Shown here in pieces: positions 10,352 to 20,139 of a stretch of 64,000 nucleotides of DNA. Numbering within the stretch: the first letter of the stretch is position 1; each line of letters begins with the position of its first letter. The DNA lies in contig CAXXHG010000039.1 in the NCBI GenBank assembly GCA_963666315.2, positions 64,001-128,000 of the forward strand. The letters run 5' to 3'. The position numbers and the translations under genes were made by a program. The notes under the pieces were generated by a model. It was not told the origin of the DNA. It saw only the letters and a program-made list of their open reading frames with translations, and ran no database searches. Origin of the DNA: Candidatus Binatia bacterium. GTDB taxonomy: Bacteria; Desulfobacterota; Binatia; Bin18.

Positions 10352-10525
10352 AGAAGTGTAGCAGGTATAGTAAAGAAGTGTCGTATAGGAACCGTAGTAG
10401 CCGTAGTAAGCCATGGTAGATTGAAACTGACGACGACAGCGTAGTAGGTAGCGTAGTAAACCAAAATCAAATGAATTCCATGTGTTAGAGGAGGATTACT
10501 ACGTTACTACACCTACCATGGCTTA
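10348..10525. repeat. Putative replication origin of the element (iteron cluster)
   Basis: GTAAAGAAGTGT x2, CGTAGTA x4, inverted TACTAC copies, and a 13-bp inverted repeat at 10407-10419/10513-10525. Confidence 0.6.
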
Positions 10526-10710
10526 TGCATGTTGACTGGAATGGCGGTCCACGTCGCCGGTTATCAGCATACGCTGGCCTCGGCGACGCTATGCTTCTTG
10601 CCGTCCTATCTGATTTGGCAGGTTGGCAAGTATCCCGTCGAAAATGGAAGATGTGACCTTGATGACTAACTTAACCCATATTACATGACAGGAAATCGGA
10701 GGACCCTCAT

Positions 10711-11181
10711 ATGCAGAGATTAAGCCTTGAGGCTGACGAAGAGGAACGAGTCCGTATGGAACGAGCCTGCCACAATGTGGACGATTGGCTCAGATCACAC
10801 CCTCGTGTTCCCGCTACGAAAACAGAGTTGCAGCATATCATGAACATCCACAGTGCCCTCGTCAGCGGATTCCAGCATGTGTCTCGACACGAACGGGAAC
10901 GCCTTGAACGAGGCATCGTTGATCACCTCTGGTATTATATCTCCCATCCGCCGAAACAAGCCGAGCCGCCCAGAAAATTAGGCCATGCGGCACCTATCCA
11001 GAAGGCCGTATTGCGCTTCCTGCACATGAATGAATATCCGATGGGCGCTGGCGAGATCGCTGTCGCGCTAGATAAGACACCGAACAACATGGCGCAGAGA
11101 CTCCTGTCATTGCACAAAGCCGGGAAAATAATCCGTGTGAGCCCTGGGCGTTATATTCCAGCTGGGCCTCCAGAGGCATAG
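10711..11181 (+). CDS. Hypothetical protein with C-terminal winged HTH
   Basis: PMGAGEIAVALDKT...LHKAGKIIRVSPGRY; GGAGG RBS. Confidence 0.55.
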   Translation: MQRLSLEADEEERVRMERACHNVDDWLRSHPRVPATKTELQHIMNIHSALVSGFQHVSRHERERLERGIVDHLWYYISHPPKQAEPPRKLGHAAPIQKAVLRFLHMNEYPMGAGEIAVALDKTPNNMAQRLLSLHKAGKIIRVSPGRYIPAGPPEA

Positions 11182-11351
11182 CTGGTCGCACTAGGCACAC
11201 GACTTATCCGCCAGAGCATAGACCGAGTAGTCGAGAAGCGCGATTTGATACATATTTCGCGACTACCCAGCCACTCGTTGCTCTTGCAGGTCACAAACCG
11301 CATGGATACTGATGGACAGGCGAGGTGGGGTCGTAAAAGGAGGGCCATTGA

Positions 11352-11918
11352 ATGCACGCTCTTTTCCACTTCAGTATTGCTGTCCTTTTGCTGTCTTCGG
11401 CAAGTTGCGAAGTCGTCTCGGACCTAGCGAAAGATGCTCGGTACAGGGGAACAAACGTGGGCTACCAACGATGTATTGACCGAAACGAAGATGTCGCTCT
11501 CAGCGCTGAGTCAGTCAAATCGCAGTGTAGCGCTGAGCATAGCCGGGTGATTAGGATCCTCCACGAGGCCAGCGCTTCCTATCAAAAACCACGATACAAG
11601 AGCGGCTCCTTGAGTGCGATCTTGCAGAGAAGCATTTATTTTGCTGGATTTGTTACAAACCTGTCCCGGGATCAGATAGTCACCGCTGTGGAGATCACCC
11701 TCACGCATCAGGATAATATCGATGAAGCAGGGCAACCGATCGGCGAAGTCGTTCGATCGGAGAACCTCTGGATTGAACCTGGAGCGATTGGGGGGTTTAG
11801 GATCGAAGGCTACGATCTGGATTTTAAACCAGCAGATGGGAGACTGAAGGACGGCGAGAAGTTTCTCTATTCATGGTCAATCAACAAAATCCGAGGGCTA
11901 CGGATAAAACTCCGTTAG
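11352..11918 (+). CDS. Putative lipoprotein, hypothetical
   Basis: Hydrophobic N-terminus ending SASC; 188 aa. Confidence 0.5.
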   Translation: MHALFHFSIAVLLLSSASCEVVSDLAKDARYRGTNVGYQRCIDRNEDVALSAESVKSQCSAEHSRVIRILHEASASYQKPRYKSGSLSAILQRSIYFAGFVTNLSRDQIVTAVEITLTHQDNIDEAGQPIGEVVRSENLWIEPGAIGGFRIEGYDLDFKPADGRLKDGEKFLYSWSINKIRGLRIKLR

Positions 11919-11949
11919 CCTGAGTAGTACAAGATTGTGATGGCGGGCA

Positions 11950-12235
11950 ACCGCGTATGACGTGCTGGCCGCCCACAACCCAATGACGGTGCGGCATGCT
12001 GCTGAGAGATACCGGGCGCGACAGGCACAGCTGTACTGTATTTTCAGATTTCGATCCCAGCGGGGAGCCGTGCGCTGCGGATATTACGCAGTACAATTTA
12101 CCCCCGGACTTGGCGAAACCAACCGACTCGCGGCGCAAGGCGTTTGTGCATAAATATGGCGATGTGTCAGTCGAGTTGGACGCGATACCCGTGGATAGTG
12201 GATACTGGAACAATGAGTGCGAGCGTGAGGCCCCA
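11950..12235 (+). pseudogene. Collapsed remnant of a TopoVI-A/Toprim-like mobile-element gene
   Basis: Fragments PMTVR, SDFDPSGE and YNLPPDLAKPTDSR...YGDVSVELDA in shifted frames. Confidence 0.5.
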
Positions 12236-12239
12236 AGGG

Positions 12240-12589
12240 AAAATTTCTTGGCCTGGTTTGATCGCCCGCAGGCTTTCAATGCGAGCCGTCTTCCAACGGG
12301 TTGAGATAATCAACTCCGCGTTCGGTTTTTCACCGTGATTAATATAACGGGTATAATTGGACTTCGGCCCGACCGCGTTGATCCAACGGTTCTTGCAGGC
12401 CCACATCAAGTAGAGTGATGATACATAGGGTTCTCGGTTCGCATGCCAATCACGAATAATCTCGCCAACATAATAGCCTATGGTTTCACCCTTCTTGATC
12501 ATAGTTTTGGCAAACACGCCTTTTCCGCGTCCGGGAGAATTTTTGATGATGAAGCTATCAAAAGTATGCACTACCTTCTTCCTTGGCAT
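12240..12589 (-). pseudogene. SET domain protein, 3'-truncated
   Basis: GKGVFA and RYINH...PN; ends at GQEIF without the expected xDY motif. Confidence 0.75.
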
Positions 12590-12621
12590 TAGTCCTCCCC
12601 GCCTCAACCCTCATACGTCTT

Positions 12622-13509
12622 TTATGAATAGATCAGCGTCCCATGCGCTCCGGATTCACGCAACCGCCAATATAAGGCATCAAGCTTTTGTGTAATCGGA
12701 CCAGGGGTCGCTCCTTGGAGCGGGCGCCCTGAGACTTCCCGTACGGCTAACGCCCCGCCGGCCGTGCTGCAAGTAAAGACTTCGTCCGCCGAGTATAGAT
12801 CAAAGGCCGTTAAATCTCGCTCAACGGCAAGAATGCCAGCTTCTTCGGCAAGGTCAAGAAAAGTCTGGCGGGTAATGCCATGCAGCACCTCCCGTCCGGG
12901 TGTATACAGCGTCCCTTTACTGACCATAAAAATATTTGATGCCGGCCCCTCGCTCACATACCCGCCAGTTGAAAGCCAAATAACATCATCATATCCCGCC
13001 TCCAGCGCCTCAATCTTAGCCAGTTGAAAATGGAGACGATCCAGGCATTTATAACGCGGGTCAAGTGTGTCAGGCGTAAAGCTGCGTAAATGGCTAATGA
13101 AAAGGCGAATACCCGTATTCCGTTTTTCCTCGTCCGCGAGGAAAACATACGGTGCAGCCCAGATGATAACGGTTGGATCGTAATCACGCGGGTCAGCGAC
13201 CACCTGCTTCGCAACTCCACGTGTCACAATAAAGCGGATGCTCGCATCCTGCATCTCGTTGCAGCGTACGGTTTCAATGATCGCTTTACGCCACTGTTCC
13301 CTCGTCATAGACGTGGTCAGCCGTGCTGCCTGCAGCGACTGAAAAAATCGATCAAGGTGTTCGTCCAGCTTAAAGATGCTTCCCTTCCAGGCTGAGACCA
13401 CATCAAACACCCCATCGCCTAAGAGAAAACCTTGATCGAGTACAGAGATGTTTGCCTGACTCAGGGGCTTGAAGTCTCCGTTTATGTAAAGGAGGGGTTC
13501 GTTCGGCAT
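12622..13509 (-). CDS. Aminotransferase class IV (IlvE/Dat-like)
   Basis: GFLLGDGVFD, EHLDRF, EGPASNIF, LHGITR and ADEVF. Confidence 0.9.
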   Translation of the reverse strand: MPNEPLLYINGDFKPLSQANISVLDQGFLLGDGVFDVVSAWKGSIFKLDEHLDRFFQSLQAARLTTSMTREQWRKAIIETVRCNEMQDASIRFIVTRGVAKQVVADPRDYDPTVIIWAAPYVFLADEEKRNTGIRLFISHLRSFTPDTLDPRYKCLDRLHFQLAKIEALEAGYDDVIWLSTGGYVSEGPASNIFMVSKGTLYTPGREVLHGITRQTFLDLAEEAGILAVERDLTAFDLYSADEVFTCSTAGGALAVREVSGRPLQGATPGPITQKLDALYWRLRESGAHGTLIYS

Positions 13510-13738
13510 GGTTTGGTTTACCTCTTCGACCTTAGTGCAAGTAGCGCGCCCTTCGCATCTGGAGTCATCTATACTACGCGTCTTAACAAGGGAACTAGGG
13601 GAAGGACAATGAGATATCCTTATCGAATCTAAATCAGGTAGGCGGTCGAGATAAAAATGGGAACAGCAATCGAACAGGAATGGCCAGCCTCCGGCTTAGG
13701 AGAAAGTGCTGGAGGGGGATAAAGAAAGAAGCGCTCGC

Positions 13739-14419
13739 TTACTTACGAGCCTTCGCTGGCAGGGCAAAGTTAAGGACTTCACCAGCCGCCCACATACCAA
13801 CGGCAATTGCAGCTCCGACAGGACCACCAGTCAGGGCCCCAATCCCGGCAGACGTACCAGCACCCACAGCCTGGCCGGTGCGTTTCGCGTCATTCTTATC
13901 TCGGCCCAAAGCGGAGGCGGTGGATTCGGCAATAAGCTGTGCGGCATCTGCAGCAATCAGCCAGGGTGTTGTTGCCGCTCGACTGGCAGCTTTACTCGAA
14001 AGCTTTGCGGACGCTTTTACTGCAAGTTTGGCAGCACCGGTGGTAACCATGCTCACCACAACTTTTGATACAGCGTCAGATGCGCTTTCTATAAACCGAT
14101 CAACCTGCTGACTTTCGCGTTTGCCAGTGCGACACCAATTGACAAAATGCTCACAGTTATTCCACAGAATGTGATATTCCTGTTCACCGATACAATTCAA
14201 CGCTCGGAGGGCGATCTCATCGGCATCAAAAGAAGTGGGAGTAGAGTGAACCTCAATCGAGTGGCCTTTGGAGAATTTTTCGCCAGACGTGACGTGAACG
14301 GACGCCGTCACCCCATCCGATAGGCCTCGCCCATATTGGACGACATAGCCATCGCCAAGATCGATGGCGTGGTGCGTATACCAGCCACGTCGGGCGATGA
14401 GATGGTCGCCTTTTGCCAT
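13739..14419 (-). CDS. LRAT/NC-domain protein (permuted NlpC/P60) with C-terminal Gly-rich helices
   Basis: YTHHAI and NNCEHFVNWCRTG. Confidence 0.85.
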   Translation of the reverse strand: MAKGDHLIARRGWYTHHAIDLGDGYVVQYGRGLSDGVTASVHVTSGEKFSKGHSIEVHSTPTSFDADEIALRALNCIGEQEYHILWNNCEHFVNWCRTGKRESQQVDRFIESASDAVSKVVVSMVTTGAAKLAVKASAKLSSKAASRAATTPWLIAADAAQLIAESTASALGRDKNDAKRTGQAVGAGTSAGIGALTGGPVGAAIAVGMWAAGEVLNFALPAKARK

Positions 14420-14479
14420 AGTGCTTACCAAATCCTCTTTACCAGAATGCCACGACTAAAGCCCTCAACAAAGACCTTA

Positions 14480-15156
14480 TTAGGTAACAGTTTCGGCTGA
14501 CGAATCATGAGGGGCATCGGCGCTCTGCGATCTTTTATAAATCGTCACGGCACACGGACGCCCCACCACTTCGCCCTTCTCGTTGAACTCGCCATACTCT
14601 GATTGAAACAGATCCATGCCCCATTCGCGAGGCTGGGTATCAAACCACAGCTTGGTATGCGCAGTAATACAGGACGTCTTTTTGATTGAAACTCCATTTT
14701 GCGGCTTCTTGGTCACACCGAGCTGACTCGGATGGCGCGTTGATGTTTCGGCCTTGCCCTCTTGAAGCATGCGGCCTCCACTGGGGCAGTAGTGCAGCAA
14801 GAACTGGAACTTCTCATCGTCTTCTTCGCATGTGAAGTCATAGCCGTGAGAGCGCAGGAACATGGCATATGTTTCAGCCAGCAGGGCGGGGTCTTTATCT
14901 CGATGGGCTTCCAGGACGTGCGCCACAGTTTTTCGCCTACATAACGCCAGGCTTCCTCAACCGCATCTTCGCCGAGTTTTTCTTTGACGTAGTCAAGAAA
15001 TACGGCAGACATGTCGCCGTACAGATCGTGGATCGGACGGCCCTCTTCCCAAATTTCGTCGACCGCCTTCAGCGCCTGTTCCGTTTGTCCTGCTTCGATG
15101 GCCGCCTTGGCCCGGTCACGAGCCGTTTTCATGAAGTCGTGACGGATGCGTTTCAT
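14480..15156 (-). pseudogene. Frameshifted hypothetical protein (CPSGGRM motif)
   Basis: Split over ORFs 14713-15156 and 14480-14926. Confidence 0.55.
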
Positions 15157-15161
15157 AATGC

Positions 15162-15605
15162 TTACACAAAAATATCGAGCGGCAAAAATGCAGAGACAAG
15201 GAAGTTGGGGACATCCACGAGTTCACTGACCTTGAGATCCACGGCTACGCTGCAGATGGCGTAGGCCTGTTGGCGGGTATAGCCACGCTCATCAACCAGA
15301 TGATCGATCATATTCAGCAGCGCGTTCCGGGCCGCGAGCGTAGCGTCTTCTGAATGCGCAACGCCTTCACGTGTATAGGGCTGCCCCGTTGTTGCAAAAA
15401 AGCGCTTGGGAACGGCCATCCCTGGTGTAGTAAAATAATCTTCGCGATAGAACTGAATATCCCGAATATTGTGTTTTGCCGCCATTCCTTTGAGAACCAT
15501 AAACGAACAGTAACACGTGGCCGCCATCTCAACCGCGGTACCGCAGCTCTCGCCATCTCCTTGAGCAAAGTGTGCATCACCGACGGAGAACAACGCACCC
15601 GGCTA
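15162..15605 (-). pseudogene. Acetamidase/formamidase C-terminal fragment
   Basis: FSVGDAHFAQGDGESCGTAVEM and AYAICSVAVDL...VDVPN; the N-terminal part is missing. Confidence 0.8.
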
Positions 15606-15609
15606 CACT

Positions 15610-17949
15610 CTTGGTGAACGTCTCCGGCAGCGGCGTCTACAGAAGCACGGATGGAGCGACGAGTTGGGCTCCCGTCAACCTGGACGTTGGTGATCTCGGA
15701 ATCACGTCGTTCCTCTTCGACCGTGTCTACCCGCAGACGGTCTATGCGCGCACGGCCAGCGGCGTACTCAAAAGTGTTGACGCCGGCGTTTCATGGATAC
15801 CGACAAACAGCGGACTGACGAACGCCTCAGTACGTTCTGTAACGGTTGACCCGCTCTCTCCTACTACTCTGTATGTCATCACCAGTGGTGACGTATTCAA
15901 AAGTACAAACGCCGGTGAATCCTGGACTAACCTGGACACTGGCATCCCCACCCTCACCGTTCTCGCGATCGACCCGGTTGATCCGACCATACTGTATGCT
16001 GGCATAGCAAAACTGTACGGCACCGAGGGGGGCGTATTTAAGAGTATCGATGCAGGAGAAACGTGGACGGCGGCGAATGTCGGCATCAGAAACCATTCAG
16101 TCAGGGGACTCGTGATCGACCCTGATAGGCCAACAACGCTATATGCTGGGGCCACACCGGACTTCTCCGCGGAAGTGACAGACGTGTTTAAGAGTATCAA
16201 CGGTGGAGCAAGCTGGGGACAGGTCAACGACATCGATTATGTTTCCTCTTTGGCCATAGACCCCAATTCTCCGACGACTGTGTATGCCGGCGGACTTGAT
16301 CGGGTCTACAAATCGGTAGACGGCGGCGAGACGTGGACTTCGACAGTTATTGGAGCAGTCTTTGGTGAACTCTATGTTGGCGCCTTAGCAATTCCACCCT
16401 CAACCACCACGATAGTGTACGCCGGTACGTCCAGAGGCGTCTTCAAGAGCACGAATGGCGGAGACAGCTGGGTAGAGGTGAACAGAGGGCTCCCATCATT
16501 CCAGCGACACCCATTGGGCTCTGGATATAGCAACGTCGCGACGTTGGATGCGCTAACAGTTGATCCCACCACCCCAATGACTCTGTATGCAGGAACCGAC
16601 AGAGGGGTATTCCGGAGTACCGACGGCGCCAGTAGCTGGAATGCAATAAACATGGGGCTCCCAAATGCTTATGTAAGTGGACTCGCGATTGTTCCATCGG
16701 GCACCATACTGTATACGGCTACCGGTGCTGGTGTTGGCAGTTTCGAGTTTTCCGGAGAAGAGCTGCCGAGGATCATTGCCCATTTGGAGACCCCGGAAAA
16801 AGAACGAGACCATTTTTTTCTATCTATTTTACCTTGGTTTCTGGCATTGGCATAATTCAGGGGTGGGCCTTTCCCACCCAGGCAGGCAGTCAGATCAGCG
16901 GTGTGTACATAGATGCCAGCAGCCGTAGAATCCGCGTCCCCTGTTGCTCAGAGCGGGCGCACGTGAGCGCAGTATATCCGGAATTCTCTCCTCACAACAC
17001 ACGCAATAGCGGTTGGAGTACAACCCTTAATTGGAACATAAACTTTGTTCTATCGTATCCGGATTTGGTAAACGTCGAAATACGGGGTACGCGAGGGGAG
17101 TTCTTCTTCGCCGAGACACGTACCACTATGGCTATCAGTGCAGGCCAGTTCGAATTTGTCGATCAATTTCTCTTGTCGGAGGCAAATGTTGCAATCCGGG
17201 ATGGGCAACTCGCGGTGGCGGGAGTGATCGTTCGAGATAAGGTCACGCAGAAGCGGGTGAAGATCAATACGCGGTTTCGCTGGTCCGAGAGTGCGCAAGG
17301 CTTCCAAATGGTCGCAGCCGTGACCACGGGCAGTCTTGCCTCTCAACGATCCCCCGTGTTTGATTTCTTCGCTTCCCTCTCTTCCTGGTTCCCGGGTGCA
17401 AGGGCATTGGTCTCTTCTGCGTTCGCTGCCACTGGCATACGCGCTGTAGTCGAGAGTCCTCAATCGGGAGAAACCGTCTCTGGTGTTACGGTCATGCACG
17501 GGTGGGCGTTTTCAGAAGACAGCACGATAGCGCAGGTTCGCCAACTGATCGATGGGAAGCCTATTAGCAACGTACCGTGCTGTTCAGAGCGACGTGATGT
17601 CGCAGAGGCGTTCCCTGACAGCCCCAACGCGCTCCTAAGCGGGTGGGGGGTTTTATTTAACTACGGACTGCTCGGTTCCGGCGCCCACACCGTGACGATT
17701 GAAATCGAGGATACGGAGGGTAGCGTAACGACAAAGCATCATTCAATCGAAGTGGTCCGACTCGGTGGATTTGAGTTTGTCGATCAGTTTGATCTCTCGA
17801 TAGCGACGGCGCGTCTTGATGGAGAGCTGATCATCATAGAGGGGGTGAAGATTCGGGATAAAATCAGTCAGCAGACCAAAGTGATTGACGTTCACCTCCG
17901 GTGGTTTGAGAACTCCCAAAGTCTAGGCGTGGTGGCTACAAGCGAGTAG
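15610..17949 (+). pseudogene. BNR/Asp-box beta-propeller protein with duplicated C-terminal domain; 5'-truncated and interrupted near 16812
   Basis: Eight SxD/NxGxS/TW Asp-box repeats; two copies of VSG..GWAF...VPCCSER. Confidence 0.75.
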
Positions 17950-18196
17950 AGCATCCAAGGTCTGTGATGCGTTGCAAGCGGTGTTCATCTTGCTCAGACG
18001 TTGACACTGTTTAAGACAACAATATTTTTGCAAATTTTTTTCGTATATGAAGAGACGCTTCAGGGCCATGGACAGAGTCTGGAGGGGGGGCCTACCCCTC
18101 TGATTACGGAAGCACCTCATCGGGAGACGAGCTGAAATACTGTAGTTTCTACGAGGCAGAAATCCCACCCCTGCACCGATCGCTCGCTAAACGGCC

Positions 18197-18225
18197 TTGA
18201 CAAATATCACTGTATGTTCTATAAC
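18197..18225 (+). promoter_or_regulatory. Sigma70-type promoter for radC/int
   Basis: TTGACA-17 bp-TATAAC. Confidence 0.7.
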
Positions 18226-18433
18226 TATGTGTTCCTATTTCGTTATAGCAATCGCCGTTGTGGAGTCTCTTTCCACGGCACGACGAATCACAGAAAGGAG
18301 GGCAACAATATAACGCGGCGTGAAGTCGGCCACCCGAGGTGTATCGAGCACCCCGAGTAGCCTAGCAGCCCTCAGCACAGCGGGTACTGACAGCTGTTCC
18401 TTCGATTCCTAACCCGCCGGAGGAGTTCCGGCA

Positions 18434-18910
18434 ATGACACAGACTATCCACGAGTCACCACACTACGACATCCCCGTCTATAAAGTCACTCTCGTTAGGG
18501 AGAACAACTTGACCCAGCAACAACGCCCCATCGTTCGCGATGCCCAGAGCGCGGCCACCATCCTCGCAGCCTATCTGGCAGGGGAAGATAGAGAGCATTT
18601 CGTGGTCATGATGTTAAACGCCAAGAATCGCATCATCGGGATTAATACAGTCTCAGTAGGGAATTTAACGGCGTCTCTGGCTCATCCCCGGGATGTCTTC
18701 AAGCCGGCGATTCTCGCCAATGCGGCCGCTATCCTCCTGGCCCATAACCACCCGAGCGGAGACACTTCACCCTCCCGGGAAGATATTGCGTTGACTCGTA
18801 AGCTCTACGAGGGGGGCCAACTCCCGGGCATCACCTTACTCGATCACATTATCGTTGGGGATCATGACCACTGGTACTCGTTCCAAGATGACGGCATAGG
18901 CCTGGCGTAA
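18434..18910 (+). CDS. radC: RadC/JAB-domain protein (short mobile-element type)
   Basis: REHF, HPRDVF and HNHPSG...SRED. Confidence 0.9.
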   Translation: MTQTIHESPHYDIPVYKVTLVRENNLTQQQRPIVRDAQSAATILAAYLAGEDREHFVVMMLNAKNRIIGINTVSVGNLTASLAHPRDVFKPAILANAAAILLAHNHPSGDTSPSREDIALTRKLYEGGQLPGITLLDHIIVGDHDHWYSFQDDGIGLA

Positions 18911-18986
18911 GCGTCAACCTTTGATCTGGACGTACGGCTTCCCTTTGTGGGCCTGTACGTCCACACAGTTACCGAGAGGAGTCTAT

Positions 18987-20125
18987 ATGGCAGTCAAGGT
19001 CAGAAAGCGCAGAGACAAATGGTGGGTGTACATTGACCACAACAACAAACGGAAGGCCAAGTGTATCGGCCCGAGTAAACGCGCGGCGGATCAGGTAGCC
19101 GAGAAGATCCGGGCGAAGCTGGCACTGGGGGAAATGGGCATCCTCGACACAGAGAAAGAAGCTCCGTCCATCACCTTTGCAGAGTACCATCGGCATTGGT
19201 TCCAGCAGTACGTGGTGACAACGAAGAAGATACGGACGCAAGAGCAATACGAGATGATCGGCCGACTCCACCTGCTCCCAGTCTTTGGCGACGCCCGCTA
19301 CGTGACATCAAGGCAAAAGAGATCCGTCAGTTGGCCTTCCGCCTCCTCGCCGAGGGTCGAGCGCCCAATACTGTACGCAGGGTCCTGGTGGCGCTGAGTA
19401 GCCTCTTTCAGTTTGCGTGTAAGGACGAGGAAGTAGACCACAACCCTGTACGGGGTATTGCCGGCGAGATTCGGTCCAGCAATACCGAGGAGCGGAGTCC
19501 GGCAGATTTCTTGACACGCGAGGAACTTGGTCACGTGCTCCGGACTTGCCAAGAACAGATGTCCCGTCACTACCCTTTGGTCTCGCTCCTTGCGCGGACA
19601 GGGGTACGCATCGGGGAAGCGCTCGCCTTACGCTGGGACTGCGTGGACTTCCACGGCCGGTGCCTCATTATCAAGCATTCGGCTGATCGCGGCAGGATTG
19701 GGACACCGAAGTCGGGAAAAACGAGACGAGTGGATATGAGTCGAGGGCTGACCGAGACCCTCCAGGCGTATCATCTTCAGCAGCGGAAACGGGCGCTGCA
19801 GCAGGGCACGACGCAACCGTCGTTTCTGTTTACGACGCGTACCGGCGCCATGATGGACCGCGCTACCGTCCATCGGACCGTCTGGCAGCCACTCTTGCGG
19901 AAAGCGGAGATGCGGCATATCCGGGTCCATGACCTGCGGCATACGTTTGCGTCCTTGCTGATCCAGAACGGCGAGTCCTTGGCCTACGTAAAAGAGCAGA
20001 TGGGGCACAGTACGATTAAGATGACGGTGGACACCTACGGACACCTCGTACCCGGCGGGAATAGACAGGCAGTAGACCGGCTGGATGGGCTCGAAAAGGC
20101 AACCATCCGCAACCATACACTCTGA
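18987..20125 (+). pseudogene. int: Tyrosine recombinase/phage integrase, frameshifted near 19295
   Basis: N-terminus MAVKVRKRRDKWWV; catalytic RTGVRIGE, HDLRH, MGHS and TYGH in the second frame. Confidence 0.9.
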
Positions 20126-20139
20126 GGGAGGGAAAAAGC

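Noticed and set aside
10348-10525. CRISPR array
   Set aside because: The units are 6-13 bp with no regular unique spacers, and no cas genes are in the window.
15610-16750. Repeats in the BNR gene as a DGR or DNA repeat array
   Set aside because: They are protein-level Asp-box repeats; there is no reverse transcriptase and no adenine-specific TR/VR pair.
18208-18235. LexA/SOS box in the radC promoter
   Set aside because: The spacing fits none of CTGT-N8-ACAG, GAAC-N4-GTTC or GTTC-N7-GTTC.
19270-19320. Programmed frameshift in the integrase
   Set aside because: No clear slippery heptamer at the switch point, and frameshifts are common throughout the window.
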